Origin: a virus
Lineage: Duplodnaviria > Caudoviricetes
Reading direction: 5' to 3' (one strand)
Length of the DNA: 63,729 nucleotides
IMG/VR virus record: IMGVR_UViG_3300032316_001298
Span: 1 to 63,729 of that record
Shown: positions 18,066 through 28,966 of the stretch, piece after piece
Layout of the letters: every line of letters begins with the position of its first letter
Position numbering within the stretch: position 1 is the stretch's first letter
The notes under the pieces: generated by a model
The model's database searches: none
Seen by the model: only the letters and a program-made list of their open reading frames with translations
Told to the model about the DNA's origin: nothing
Translations under genes and position numbers: made by a program

Positions 18066-20363
18066 ATGCCTCCGCTTCTGCAAAATCTCGGGGCCGGGGC
18101 GCGCAATTTGGCCAATGCGGCGGTGGGCGCCCAGAATGTGAACAAGGCGCTGGGGGCGGCGGCAAAGGCAGGGACGGCGCTGAAGGTGGCGTTTGCCGAT
18201 ATGCTGAGTCCTCTGGGGTTGGCGGCGGGGTTTGCCCTCACCTTCAGCGTGGGTCTTTACAAAGCGGTGATGAACTCCCGCTTGCTGCAGGCGGCTTTGG
18301 AGCGGGTCGCGCAAGTGCAGGTATATTCGGTGCAGTTCGAGAAGTTGCTCGGCGGGCTGCGTCAGGCAAAGCAGCGGCTCAATGAGCTGGCTTCGATGGC
18401 GGCGAGCGGGCCGTTCAAGTTTGATGATTTGGTGCAAGCGAACGAGCGTTTACAAAGGCTGTCGCGCGGCGGGTTTGCTGGGAAGAAGGCCATGGAGATG
18501 GTCGCGGATGCGGCAGCGGCGACAGGGGTAAGCACGGCGCAGATGGCTGGTATGGTAGGCGGTGCGTTTGACGATGCTTTCAGCGGCCGCTCGATCGAGG
18601 GAGCGGTGAATCAGTTGCGAGATGTGGGAGCGATCAGCATGTCGGCGGCGGACAAGCTGATAAATCTCGAGCGAGCGGGAGTGCGCGGCAAAAAGCTTTT
18701 CGATGAACTGACACGTTCTTTAGCGGCAAACAAGGGGGCGGCGGCCGCGTTGCGCAACACGATTGCGGGGTTGAACAATGAGCTGGAGCAGGCAAAAGGG
18801 CAGCAGTTGGGGTCTATCGGGGAGATGTTTGCCCAGGGGCAGATGGATGGGTTGCGGGCTTCGATCAAGTTGGTAAAGGAATTCGGGCCGGTGCTCAAGG
18901 AGTTGCTGATGCCGTTTGCGGTGGTGGCCAATGCGATCGGCAAGATTACGCTGGGTGTAAGCAAGTTGGTATCGAACATTCCGGGGCTCAAAAGCGCGCT
19001 GGTCGGCGTGGCGCAAGCAGCGGGGACGGCAGCGGTGGCATTGGCGGCCTTGGGATTGTTTCAGTTGGCGGTGGCGATCCGGGCTTTGGTCTTGCCGTTG
19101 CTGGCGAAGTTGGTGACAGGATTGGTAGCTTCTGCAGCGGCGGGTGGTATTGTTGGTCGTGCATTAGGTTTTGTGGCGGGTGGCTTATTGCGTTTTTTGG
19201 GTCCGATTGGGCTGGTCTTGGCGGCATTGGATTTGATGGGTGTAAAATTTGAGAATGTGGCAAGGTCGGCAGGTTTGTTGCCGGATTCTGTGACGGAAGC
19301 GGCGGAGGCTTCGCGCAAGGCGAGCCAAGATATTCGGGAAGCGTTGGATGGGTTGCGCGCGGGGGGAGGCGGAACGGCAGGCGAGGGGATAGAAATTTTG
19401 GGCGCGGCGGAGGAGAATTTCCGTCGCGCGGAGAAGGCCCGCAAGGAGGCTGCGGGACAAAGGCCGTCGGAGACTCGAGAGGCGGTAGGAGGCATGGCGG
19501 CGACGGTGCTGGGCGCGCCAGTGGATGCTCTGGCGGGCATCGTGAATGCGGGAGCGCAAATGATGGGGATGGCTTCGCCCTTCAAGACTTCGGTGGATCA
19601 AAGCGGAACGATAGATCCGATTGGAGGATCGGAAATGTTGCGGGAGTTTTTTACTGGAAGCCAGGGTCAGGCGCAGCGCGAGCAGGAGGCGGCGGCAGCA
19701 GCCGAAGAGGCCAAGAGGTTGCGGGATGAAGCGCGTGCTCAACTGGATCAGACTCCGGCACAGTTTTTGAATGATCCGGATTTTGCGGCGGCGAAGTCGG
19801 AGGCATTGGAGATTATGGATCGGGCCAACGCGGCGCAGGACAGGCTCAATGAGGCGGAGATGCCCGATGAGCAGAGGGCTCAAGAACAAGAGAAGATCGA
19901 CGCGATGCGTTCTGAGGCGGAAGCCAAGATGGCACCGGAGGCCATGGAGGAGCGGTTCAACCGGCGGATGGCGCGGGACGATGTGAAGGCGTCAATCACG
20001 CGGGCAATGGCCGATGGCACAGGCAACGAGCAGCTGCGCGTCCAAGCCAACGAGTTAGAAGATCGAGTGAAAACGGAGCGCCGGGCCAAGGAATTTCAGT
20101 CCATGGGGATAGAAAGACCGGAGGCGATGGAGATGGCCCGCGCGCAAACGGTGAGCGAAAGGCTGCAGAGCGAGCAAGAGCGGGCCCAAGCCATGACGTT
20201 TTCCTCGGGTTTGGCCAAGGTGGGTGGAGCAGCGGGTGAAATGGGCGGTGGCAAAAGCGAGGAGGCCCGACTGTTGACTGAAATCCGCAATTTGATGGAG
20301 CGTGACACGAACGGCAAGCCGCCGCCGCCAATGCCGGAAACCATGAAGAAGATGCAGCGCTAA
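18066..20363 (+). CDS. tape measure protein
   Basis: Ala-rich helical, FEKLLG..AKQRLNEL..PFKFDDLVQA tape-measure domain, hydrophobic middle. Confidence 0.85.
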   Translation: MPPLLQNLGAGARNLANAAVGAQNVNKALGAAAKAGTALKVAFADMLSPLGLAAGFALTFSVGLYKAVMNSRLLQAALERVAQVQVYSVQFEKLLGGLRQAKQRLNELASMAASGPFKFDDLVQANERLQRLSRGGFAGKKAMEMVADAAAATGVSTAQMAGMVGGAFDDAFSGRSIEGAVNQLRDVGAISMSAADKLINLERAGVRGKKLFDELTRSLAANKGAAAALRNTIAGLNNELEQAKGQQLGSIGEMFAQGQMDGLRASIKLVKEFGPVLKELLMPFAVVANAIGKITLGVSKLVSNIPGLKSALVGVAQAAGTAAVALAALGLFQLAVAIRALVLPLLAKLVTGLVASAAAGGIVGRALGFVAGGLLRFLGPIGLVLAALDLMGVKFENVARSAGLLPDSVTEAAEASRKASQDIREALDGLRAGGGGTAGEGIEILGAAEENFRRAEKARKEAAGQRPSETREAVGGMAATVLGAPVDALAGIVNAGAQMMGMASPFKTSVDQSGTIDPIGGSEMLREFFTGSQGQAQREQEAAAAAEEAKRLRDEARAQLDQTPAQFLNDPDFAAAKSEALEIMDRANAAQDRLNEAEMPDEQRAQEQEKIDAMRSEAEAKMAPEAMEERFNRRMARDDVKASITRAMADGTGNEQLRVQANELEDRVKTERRAKEFQSMGIERPEAMEMARAQTVSERLQSEQERAQAMTFSSGLAKVGGAAGEMGGGKSEEARLLTEIRNLMERDTNGKPPPPMPETMKKMQR

Positions 20364-20367
20364 AGAT

Positions 20368-21174
20368 ATGCCAATCCAAGTCACAGGATTATTCAACCCG
20401 CAGTTTGAAAAAGAGCGGCAAACAGTAGACCGCGTCGGCTTTATGCAAACGGTTTGGGTAAGACGCATGAAGACGGAGGACTTGCTTACCAGCAAAATCG
20501 AAAAGCTGCTTTACAGGGAGGATATACGCTTCATGCGCGAGGAAGTGGAGTTGGTTGATGGTGTGTCGGTCATCCGACATTTTTATGATGGCCTGCCCGC
20601 TGGCGCAGCGGATTCCAGTGGTAGGGCGGGCATCAATACGCTGTATGAATTTGATCCGTCCTTTGATGAAGTGCCGATACAAGCGCACCACAACTTCGGT
20701 GGGCCCGATGGTTCGGATGACAGCCTTTTCAAGAAATATGGGGGATACTATGACGGCAATGGCAATTTAAGATGGCGACCAGCGGAGAGCAAATCAGGTA
20801 AGAGTTCATCAAGGGGCTTCGCTAAACTTGGGAGCCCTGCCGTGTCGGTCGGAGGACCGGGTGATGTGAAAAGTCTGCAGGGTGTAGAGTCTTACCTTCG
20901 GATGGGCGGAGTGTTTCGTATCGTTTACGCGCATCGAGGCGAAGCGATGCCGCCAAATTTGTTTTTCGGGGTAGGAACAATCCAAACACCGCCAGACTCG
21001 AAGTATTTGCCAACTTTGCCCTCGACGCGCAACTGGCTGAAGGGGCCGCCTAGTGCGCGATGGCGTGGCAATGCGTGGGAGATCACGGAGGAATACATAC
21101 TTTCCGGAGTGGGTGGATGGATCAAGGACATCTACGATGGAAAGACCGAGAGCAAAGCAGGGCAAAGCACGTGA
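20368..21174 (+). CDS. tail tip protein (hypothetical)
   Basis: Follows tape measure; EVPIQAHHNF, NWLK, W..DIY pattern. Confidence 0.6.
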   Translation: MPIQVTGLFNPQFEKERQTVDRVGFMQTVWVRRMKTEDLLTSKIEKLLYREDIRFMREEVELVDGVSVIRHFYDGLPAGAADSSGRAGINTLYEFDPSFDEVPIQAHHNFGGPDGSDDSLFKKYGGYYDGNGNLRWRPAESKSGKSSSRGFAKLGSPAVSVGGPGDVKSLQGVESYLRMGGVFRIVYAHRGEAMPPNLFFGVGTIQTPPDSKYLPTLPSTRNWLKGPPSARWRGNAWEITEEYILSGVGGWIKDIYDGKTESKAGQST

Positions 21175-21674
21175 TTTATCCTGGTCACAATATTCGCACG
21201 AGGAGCTTTGGCCAAGACGGACGCCACGTGATCGTGTCGCGCGGATCGAATCCTTCGATCTGGTCGGGGGCGTTTTCGTTGGCTTTGGGCGCGGATTATG
21301 TGACGGTGAATTTCGGGCTCGTCAACGACGTTGAGCCGGAAATCAACGGAGTGCCGATCAGCGGCGTGACCGCGAAAGGGGATCGGGTGCAACAACCGCA
21401 GTTGATCTTGGAAGACGGTTTTGATGCGGAGGGGCGGCAGTGGGTGGCGTTGCAGGTGGAGGTGGACGACGAGGGGCGGTTTGCAAAAAAACCGACAGTT
21501 GTCGTGACCAAGGACATACGATCATCGGGAGAAAAGATCGGCCTGCATCCTCTGGGGGTGTTCACCATTACTCGGGAGCTGCATCAAGTAACGCATTTCC
21601 ATCTAAAACACGCTTGGATCAAAAGCATACGGCGCGATAGCGGGCCTGCGCGTCATTTTTTTTGGAGTGCATGA
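21171..21674 (+). CDS. tail-region hypothetical protein
   Basis: GTGA-coupled ORF. Confidence 0.6.
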   Translation: MIYPGHNIRTRSFGQDGRHVIVSRGSNPSIWSGAFSLALGADYVTVNFGLVNDVEPEINGVPISGVTAKGDRVQQPQLILEDGFDAEGRQWVALQVEVDDEGRFAKKPTVVVTKDIRSSGEKIGLHPLGVFTITRELHQVTHFHLKHAWIKSIRRDSGPARHFFWSA

Positions 21675-22918
21675 AAAGGCTGTCGCAAGTGGTGGCGCAA
21701 AATTCACCGACGGACTCGTCACCGGCAAAGCCGGTGGTAAGCAGCGGGGTGGGCATTTTGCAATCGCAGGTCGGAGAGGCCACGACTCTCTCGGCGCTGC
21801 CGACGGCAACCTTCATGCATCCTTGGGAGGTGCATGCGATCAACTACATAGAGTGGCAGCAGGAGGGTGATCCTCGTCAGGGTTGGACGTTTCGGATGGT
21901 GCCGGGTTTTGTCAACGGGATTGATCCGTTATGTTTTGGGGTATTTGCCACGGGCGAGACGGCGAGTGCACGAGACATTTCTCGGGGTAGGGGCAGCGGG
22001 TTAAACCGGGTGGGCGGCGCGGCGCGCGAGTTTGGCGGCGGGTCGCGGGGATATGGTGACACCAAGTTGGGCGGTGGGGGAGAGCCAGCGTATTATCCGT
22101 TGCTGCAGGGTCCAGTGATTCCGGTGACGAGCTATCTGAAATCGTTCACCAGGATACCGCCGTTTTTCAAGGAGCAGGGAGTCAAGGAAGTGGCGCAGGA
22201 TTTTGCTGCGGCGGGTTTATCGGTCAATGCGGCTGGAGGGATCACGATGAACCTGACGCCGAGCGCTGAAGAGGCGCAAAATCAGATTCCGTCGAGATTG
22301 CTGATCGGGCAGGATTTTTGGATTTCGATTGCCCGGGCCGCTTACAAATCGGATGTGACGCTGGTGGGCAACCTGATCACGGGGCAGATCATGGATTATT
22401 CGGTGGGTTTTGACGGGTCAGAGGTGGAGCGCGTAGGCGTGCGCCCTAGACTGAATCAGGGTGATTTTCAGCGAATGGCCTTTGAGCGGGAGTCGCGCCG
22501 CGCTGAGGTGCGGCTGCGCCTGCAGACGGGCGGACCGGTGGATGATCCGTATGACTACCAATTTCTTTTCACCTTTTGGCTGTTGAGTCCGGAGATAATA
22601 CCGCAGTTGGATGCCGGTCAGCCGGGAGCACCCGCCACGACCTCTCCGCCGCTGTCGCAGTGGGAGCCTTATGTCGAGTATGGCATTGGGCCTAATACCA
22701 CGGGAAACTCGGGCGGCGGGTGGTGGAATTTTTACCATGCGGCCAAGAACGAGCCGCCGTTCAACGCCAAGCAGCTCAGTTTATCGTCAATCGGCGCGTT
22801 GGTGGGGCGCTATACGTTTGTGCCGCAGGCCACGCAGGGATTGCTGGAGGCCGAGCAGCAGAGAATTTTGAACGCAATGCTCAACAGCACCTCAAACGAG
22901 GGTCAATTCTGGAACTAA
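21671..22918 (+). CDS. tail-region hypothetical protein
   Basis: ATGA-coupled long ORF. Confidence 0.65.
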   Translation: MKRLSQVVAQNSPTDSSPAKPVVSSGVGILQSQVGEATTLSALPTATFMHPWEVHAINYIEWQQEGDPRQGWTFRMVPGFVNGIDPLCFGVFATGETASARDISRGRGSGLNRVGGAAREFGGGSRGYGDTKLGGGGEPAYYPLLQGPVIPVTSYLKSFTRIPPFFKEQGVKEVAQDFAAAGLSVNAAGGITMNLTPSAEEAQNQIPSRLLIGQDFWISIARAAYKSDVTLVGNLITGQIMDYSVGFDGSEVERVGVRPRLNQGDFQRMAFERESRRAEVRLRLQTGGPVDDPYDYQFLFTFWLLSPEIIPQLDAGQPGAPATTSPPLSQWEPYVEYGIGPNTTGNSGGGWWNFYHAAKNEPPFNAKQLSLSSIGALVGRYTFVPQATQGLLEAEQQRILNAMLNSTSNEGQFWN

Positions 22919-22919
22919 T

Positions 22920-23102
22920 ATGGGAGACGAATTCGGATTGGACAAGGCGGCGCGGAGGACGGCGGCGAATGATTTGCAGCAGCAAGAACGTCGATTGCCT
23001 GTGAATCTGAACTGGGCGTTGCCCGGGGCGTTGACTCCCTTTAACTGGAAGTTTTTCGGGGTTCGTCCTCCGGAATCGGGGATGCCGAAGAAATCATCAT
23101 GA
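22920..23102 (+). CDS. small hypothetical protein
   Basis: Tightly packed ORF. Confidence 0.5.
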   Translation: MGDEFGLDKAARRTAANDLQQQERRLPVNLNWALPGALTPFNWKFFGVRPPESGMPKKSS

Positions 23103-23419
23103 TTACGGTGGAGTTTGATTTGGTGGATGATGGGCAGGAGGACGAGCGGCGGCGTCTGGTAGGGGAAATTGCGCGGCTTCAAGCCCAGCTGGAGGCTTTG
23201 CCGCTTGACGATCCCGGAATGGTGCGGGCGAGCCTGCAGGCGACCATCAATGGGCTGCAGGAGCAACTGATCGCCATGTCCGCCTTTAATGAGGATGAGG
23301 GCGATGATCTAGCATTCGGCTCATCTAACGCCTCCTCCTTATCTATCTTCAAAACAAACATTCTCAGAGCTGGTGTCGGCGTTAGAACCTTTTTCCCCGC
23401 ACGAAATGGTCGGAATTGA
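23099..23419 (+). CDS. hypothetical protein
   Basis: ATGA-coupled ORF. Confidence 0.55.
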   Translation: MITVEFDLVDDGQEDERRRLVGEIARLQAQLEALPLDDPGMVRASLQATINGLQEQLIAMSAFNEDEGDDLAFGSSNASSLSIFKTNILRAGVGVRTFFPARNGRN

Positions 23420-23435
23420 CAGGTGTGGGCGGTAA

Positions 23436-26174
23436 GTGCGCTCCTTGTATTATGCCAATTTGCAGACCCGGCGCCCGGCCAGCAGTATAGGGGGTGGCGA
23501 AGTCACCATTCCTAGTCTGCTGGCCGGACAACAGTGGCAGATTGCGCTTCGCTTTACCGATGCTGCGGATGGGCAGTTCGGAGAGATCCGTCCCCCGGTG
23601 CGAAGTTTGCGGGCCTCGCTTGGACCGCTGGATGCGCGCCCGGCAGCGGGTAGTTTTCGGTTGCAGGTAGGTTTGGGGAATTCGACAAGTGCTAATACGA
23701 CAGCAGCCTTGGCTGCCAATGCCACGGCAGTGCAGGTGGCGGCGGCGCTGAATGGTTTGGCGGGCGCGGGCGGAGACTATTCCGTGGATTTCGATGCTGG
23801 ATCTTACCTGATCCGGCGCGCTGGCGGGCAGATGGTGACTTTGACCTCGAGGCAGAATGTCTTGAGTCCGATCAGCGCGGTGCGAGTGAGGCCTTATCAA
23901 GTGGATGGCGCCTGGGTGCACGAGGTGCGCTTAATCCAAGCGCCTTATGCTTTTGCCGACAATGCGGCGCAAGCATTACCGACACCACCTTTCGTGCAGA
24001 CGCTGGTGGATGGCTACACTTCGCCGGACAATACGTGGAAGATCAACGAGGTGCAGCAGTTGATCTTACCAGCGGAGTTCCGGTCTACTTACCGGCTGAC
24101 TTTCAATTATGCAGGCGGCGTGGCCAACACGGGGTTGCCGCGCAAAACGCGGGTGCTGGGGATCGAGGATGGCGCCGCGGAGTTGCAGGCGGCGATCAAT
24201 GACATTCTCAAGGATTTGGGGGGCTACGACGGCGAGGTGGCGGTGGCCAACCCAACCAGCAATGTGGCGCGCATCACTTTTGGCGGCAGAGCTTTGGACG
24301 GTGTCGATGTGCCGCCTTTGGGGGTGGAGGCGTTTCCGTTGCCGGGCGACGAGGGGGATTGGGTATTCACGTTAGACTTAAATCGCTCCGAGATGTGGGT
24401 GGCGCTGCGCGGGGCAGAATCGGTGACTGTGCCTTTCGAGGTGGAGGCGGATGTCTATATCGACCGGAACGATTTGAGTCAGGGGTGGACGACGATCAAG
24501 CTCTGGAGCGTGCCTGTGACAGTGACGCGGCCGTTGCTTTATGAGGGCCTAGCGGCGGCCCAGTCCATTGATTGGCTAAGGCCGATTTCGCCTCGCTCGT
24601 ATGTGCCGTTCAACCCCGACCAGATCATAACCGGTCAGCAGCATTGGGTGGGGACGATCGGGTTTGGCACGGCCAACAGTCCGGCTTATGGCACTGCGGT
24701 GAGCGTTGGTTTTGGCACGGCAGGTGGGGAGCAGATTTTCACGATCGACCATGATCTCAATACCGAGGCAGTGCATGTGACGGTGCGAGAAAATGAAGCG
24801 CCTGGAGACATCGTTTCGCCGAAACGGGTGAGCGTGGATGGACCGAATAGTGTCTCTGTGGCCTTCGGCAGCGCCTTATCGAGCGGTGATGTTTACGGGG
24901 TGGTGATCACGAGCGCGGGCCCGCGGAGTGTGTTCTTGGGGCACACGCACACGACGGCGCAAGTGACGGGGTTGGAGGAAATCATCGGGGCATTGGCCGA
25001 GCGCGTGCTGGCACTGGAGCGGCTGTTGCCGAGGAGTGGTGCAACGGAGAGCGGGATAAGTGATAAACCGGCTGAGACGTTGCTTCCGTGCGTTGGGGAA
25101 GTGTTGCCCGATTTAAGCGCGTTGGATTTCCGATTGCCCACCGTGGCAAGCCAAACCTTTGCCAGTCCAAATCAGGGAAGCCCGGCATCGGAACAGCTAA
25201 ACCTAATTCCCAAAGCGCCGGAGGGAACGTCCGCGGCGCAACAGGAGAAGCAGGCGGAGGACGAAAAGGCCAAGCAAAAGGAGGATCCGGATGCGATGCC
25301 GCCGAATTTGTTGCTGCGCGCGTTGATTCCGGGCGTGGGAAGCACTGGCAAGCCCGCTCGCCCAGGGGGCAAAAACAATGAGGGAGAGGTTGTTCCAGAG
25401 GTGCCCGAAGCGCCCGCCACCCCGGCGCTTTTCCCGCCCCGCCGTGGATCAAAAATGCCGGTCTTGCTGCAAGCAGTGCAGAGTTCGGCGCCGGTCAATA
25501 CGTCAGTGTTGCCCACGGGCACGGCGTTGGTCGATGGCAGGGTGTATCGCTACACGGGCAGCGAGGAGTTTTTCGTGCCGGGCGATCTGGGGAGGCCGAC
25601 TCTGAAGCTGCCGTCGCAGGGCGTGTTCGCCTACAAGCAGGGGCAGTTTTACCGAGTGCGAAGTGAGGGTGGCAGTGTGTATTATCCGGTGGAGTTCGAG
25701 CGCGAGCTGTGGCGCGTGCATCTTTCGGCACAGCAGATGCCAGAGGGGGCAACGCTGACGATCGGGGGGGAACTGAGGTATCGCCTCTTGGGAGAGTTTT
25801 TCGATGCGGTGCTGTCCAAGCAAGCGCCGCTGGATTTGGCCGCGCAATACATGCTCTACGTCGAGGCGTTGGAGTTGGAGGAGGGTGGGGCGCTAGGTGC
25901 GGTGAAGCGCACAACTACTCTGGCGGCAACACAGGTGATCGTTTCGCCCGTGCTGGAATCCTTCCGCTGGAGGCTGGCGGTAACACGGGACGCGTCGGGG
26001 CTGGCTTCGAGTTTCACGGCCTTTTCGACGACCACTTCGGCAAGTGGATTCTCCGCGCCGTTCATTTTGCGGATGCGTTTGGGCGGCTTTGACATCGACG
26101 ACATGGCGTCGGATGTGGTGAGGGGCCAAGTGGCTCTGATTATGCCCCCGACCCGGGCAGAGGTAGCACTATGA
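23436..26174 (+). CDS. large tail/baseplate structural protein
   Basis: 912 aa, beta-rich, NATAVQVAAALN repeats, preceded by a TTGACA element. Confidence 0.7.
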   Translation: MRSLYYANLQTRRPASSIGGGEVTIPSLLAGQQWQIALRFTDAADGQFGEIRPPVRSLRASLGPLDARPAAGSFRLQVGLGNSTSANTTAALAANATAVQVAAALNGLAGAGGDYSVDFDAGSYLIRRAGGQMVTLTSRQNVLSPISAVRVRPYQVDGAWVHEVRLIQAPYAFADNAAQALPTPPFVQTLVDGYTSPDNTWKINEVQQLILPAEFRSTYRLTFNYAGGVANTGLPRKTRVLGIEDGAAELQAAINDILKDLGGYDGEVAVANPTSNVARITFGGRALDGVDVPPLGVEAFPLPGDEGDWVFTLDLNRSEMWVALRGAESVTVPFEVEADVYIDRNDLSQGWTTIKLWSVPVTVTRPLLYEGLAAAQSIDWLRPISPRSYVPFNPDQIITGQQHWVGTIGFGTANSPAYGTAVSVGFGTAGGEQIFTIDHDLNTEAVHVTVRENEAPGDIVSPKRVSVDGPNSVSVAFGSALSSGDVYGVVITSAGPRSVFLGHTHTTAQVTGLEEIIGALAERVLALERLLPRSGATESGISDKPAETLLPCVGEVLPDLSALDFRLPTVASQTFASPNQGSPASEQLNLIPKAPEGTSAAQQEKQAEDEKAKQKEDPDAMPPNLLLRALIPGVGSTGKPARPGGKNNEGEVVPEVPEAPATPALFPPRRGSKMPVLLQAVQSSAPVNTSVLPTGTALVDGRVYRYTGSEEFFVPGDLGRPTLKLPSQGVFAYKQGQFYRVRSEGGSVYYPVEFERELWRVHLSAQQMPEGATLTIGGELRYRLLGEFFDAVLSKQAPLDLAAQYMLYVEALELEEGGALGAVKRTTTLAATQVIVSPVLESFRWRLAVTRDASGLASSFTAFSTTTSASGFSAPFILRMRLGGFDIDDMASDVVRGQVALIMPPTRAEVAL

Positions 26175-26971
26175 TTATTTCAGCGATCGAGAAGATTGAA
26201 GCATTGCCGGTGCCGCCGCTGGGCTTGCTCCCGGCATTGCACGATGCGACGTTGACGACGTTTGTCGGAACCACGCTGGTCACAGGAACAGCCGTTGCCT
26301 CCACATTGCCCAGCGCGGACCAGCATGCCAATCAAGTGTTTTTAGTCACGGTCGCGGACATTACGGCGCCGAGTTATGAGTCTTGGCCAGCGCAGACGAT
26401 TGCCAAGACCACGCATGTGGGGTCGGACGGAAGATTTTGGTATCCGGTGGTGCCTTACGGAACGACAAACACTTATTACCCGAAGGCCTTCGAGCGGACT
26501 CTTTACACGATTGCTTTTACTCCGGCGTCTTTGCCTTTGAGGCTACAATGGGAGCTACTGCGGGAATACAGCTTCCGACTTTTCAACAACAACACGGATG
26601 TGGTGTGGAATATCGTGTGGGAGTTTGGTGACAGGATTGCGGAGACATCCCCAGCCCCGGTTGGCCCGAACATCAAGGCTTACTCGTGGCGGCGGCCTCT
26701 CTTGGACGAGCAAATTCCGATCACCGATGTGCTAACCAAGAATATTTTCGGCATCAGCTTGCGTAAGATCGAATACACGCAAGCGGGAGCACCGGTGTAT
26801 GAGTCGACTATCGAGCGGTATGGGAGGCGATTGGCAGCGTCGAGCGCGCAGTTGCCTTTGACGGAAAACTTTGTCCTGCGGCTGCGCTTATCGTCGTTCG
26901 ACACCCTGGACTATGTGACGAGTCCGCGGGGTTACGTGGCCTATTTGGTCGATGCCGTTAAAGCAAAATAA
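26171..26971 (+). CDS. tail protein paralogous to the C-terminal domain of 23436..26174
   Basis: YYPKAFERTL vs YYPVEFEREL; LRLRLSSFD..RGYVA vs LRMRLGGFD..RGQVA. Confidence 0.65.
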   Translation: MIISAIEKIEALPVPPLGLLPALHDATLTTFVGTTLVTGTAVASTLPSADQHANQVFLVTVADITAPSYESWPAQTIAKTTHVGSDGRFWYPVVPYGTTNTYYPKAFERTLYTIAFTPASLPLRLQWELLREYSFRLFNNNTDVVWNIVWEFGDRIAETSPAPVGPNIKAYSWRRPLLDEQIPITDVLTKNIFGISLRKIEYTQAGAPVYESTIERYGRRLAASSAQLPLTENFVLRLRLSSFDTLDYVTSPRGYVAYLVDAVKAK

Positions 26972-26977
26972 TAAGTT

Positions 26978-28960
26978 ATGCCACTTGCCGCACCAACTAA
27001 TCTAACGCTTGTAAACCTGATGCGGGGGCTGGGGCAGCGGGCGAGTATGAACAATGTGTATAATCAGCGGATTGATGCGGCTGGCCCCTCTCAAATTACT
27101 TTGATGGGCATTCTGCGATGGAACAACACGGAGACTCAGGCGCATACAGTTGAGGTAGTCGTAAATGGTAAGACGGCTTATGCTGCCAGAGGATCGAGGA
27201 GTATGTTGGTCGAGCTTGGCCTCCGTAACGCGCCGGATTTAAGTGATATTGCGGTGAATGCGAGCGTTAAGTTGAAAGGCGTCACGGAGTCATCTTCACC
27301 CGCACTCCTGACAACGAGCTTGGATATCAAGCAGCCCGTGGCTAACTTTATCACTCCATTGGCTATTGCGGACAATGGGGACAATCGGTTGAAGCTCCCA
27401 GATTGGTCGGGATGGATCAATGGGTTTTGGGACTATTATTCTTACTCCCGCTCTGTCCCTCTCCGCCGCTTTGGCCGTCTGTCATATTCGGCAGACGCGC
27501 TGCAGATTTCTAATCGAGAGATCGCGGTGTTATACAACAACACTTTTAGCAGCTTGATGGGGTATCAGCAGGTATTGTCGAATTCAGCCGTTACTCCTGA
27601 TGCGCGGCAAACCGTGCTGGGCGACTCTCAATATGTCGATACGTCGCTTGACCTGCCCTCCGCGCTGCAGCAAGGCGTTATTCACCGCGCCGCCTTTTCT
27701 GTCAGTGGAGGGACTCTCAGCATAGGCGCGACTCCGGTCTTAATAAGGGAGGCGACGGTGGTTACAGATCCCATCGCTTACTTGGGGCAATCATTCAAAC
27801 AGCGCAATGTCCCCGCACAGTATATTCAGTTGAGCCACTACGTTGTTCCAGACGAGTCGATCGCGGCGAGCGCGCGCACAGAAACGCTGTTTTTCGCGGC
27901 TCCTGCGCCGGTGGGGCCATTTGAAGCGGAGAATGTGGTTGCGAAGGTTCTGAGAAATGCCGCAGTCCGTTTTGAACTGAAGGCTTCTTACCGAGCTACG
28001 TGGTCGTTGTCGGGGACAACAGCTTTAGGGATCGAATATGACCCCCCGGTGTTTGGAACGGCTGGCCCTGATCGGGCGTATCTGGCTGGGACTCTGCCGA
28101 CCGCTGGCACCTTTGTAATATCCCTGACGGCGACCAAAGTGGGCTCTACGCTAACCGCAACGTCGAAGGCCACAATTACAGTGGTGGACAGTTTGCCCCG
28201 CACGACGATTGCGACCAACTCGACGATCGCGCGGGAAGGGATTGATGCCCGGGTGGGGGAGTCGGTGAATCTTTCCTTGGCGGCAACGCCCTCGGTGGCC
28301 ACGTGGCGCTCGGAGGGATTGCCGCCGGGAGTGACGATAGACGCATTTGGAATGATTGGGGGCATCCCGACCCGTGCCGGGGTGTATTTTGCCTCAATCA
28401 CCGCACAAGCGGACGAGTATGATGTGTCGTTGCCATTGACGATCAGATTTGTGGTGGGAGTAGGAACGATGCCGCTCGGCTCGGCGGCGTCGCAACGGAT
28501 ACCATGGCTGCTCACGGAATGGAAATTGACGGATCTGCAGGTGTTGGCGCGGTCTCGGGAGGTGGAGAGCACGTTTCTGGAAGGGGCGGGCGGGCTGCGG
28601 ATCAAGCTGGGGGATGACGTGAGTTTTGTGGTGTTTTTCGTGGGGCCGAATGATGATGTCTTCGCCATGTCGCCGGAGACGTTGCGGTTGACCGTCCGGA
28701 CGGAGAAGAATCTGGATGATGTGCTGGTGTTTAAGTCGGCAACTCCTCCGGTGGCAGTCGTAAGGGAGGGAATGACGTATTACGAGATGAACGTGCGGAC
28801 GGGCAATCGAGAGCGTGAGTTGGCCCTGGAGTGGGTGGAGGAGAAGGATGCCAATACGGCTTTGCCGTGCGTGGCGGATCTGGATTGGACGAAGGATGGC
28901 AAGGTGTATAGCTCGCGTAGCTTTCCGATGCTACTCGAGTTGGACGTGACGCGCCCCTAA
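26978..28960 (+). CDS. tail protein with putative Ig-like (He_PIG) domains
   Basis: GLPPGVTIDAFGMIGGIPTRAGVY, and a second GTLPTAGTF repeat. Confidence 0.7.
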   Translation: MPLAAPTNLTLVNLMRGLGQRASMNNVYNQRIDAAGPSQITLMGILRWNNTETQAHTVEVVVNGKTAYAARGSRSMLVELGLRNAPDLSDIAVNASVKLKGVTESSSPALLTTSLDIKQPVANFITPLAIADNGDNRLKLPDWSGWINGFWDYYSYSRSVPLRRFGRLSYSADALQISNREIAVLYNNTFSSLMGYQQVLSNSAVTPDARQTVLGDSQYVDTSLDLPSALQQGVIHRAAFSVSGGTLSIGATPVLIREATVVTDPIAYLGQSFKQRNVPAQYIQLSHYVVPDESIAASARTETLFFAAPAPVGPFEAENVVAKVLRNAAVRFELKASYRATWSLSGTTALGIEYDPPVFGTAGPDRAYLAGTLPTAGTFVISLTATKVGSTLTATSKATITVVDSLPRTTIATNSTIAREGIDARVGESVNLSLAATPSVATWRSEGLPPGVTIDAFGMIGGIPTRAGVYFASITAQADEYDVSLPLTIRFVVGVGTMPLGSAASQRIPWLLTEWKLTDLQVLARSREVESTFLEGAGGLRIKLGDDVSFVVFFVGPNDDVFAMSPETLRLTVRTEKNLDDVLVFKSATPPVAVVREGMTYYEMNVRTGNRERELALEWVEEKDANTALPCVADLDWTKDGKVYSSRSFPMLLELDVTRP

Positions 28961-28966
28961 AAGCCT

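Noticed and set aside
17495-18066. Programmed frameshift in the tail assembly chaperone
   Set aside because: A single ORF runs up to the tape measure start; no second frame is needed.
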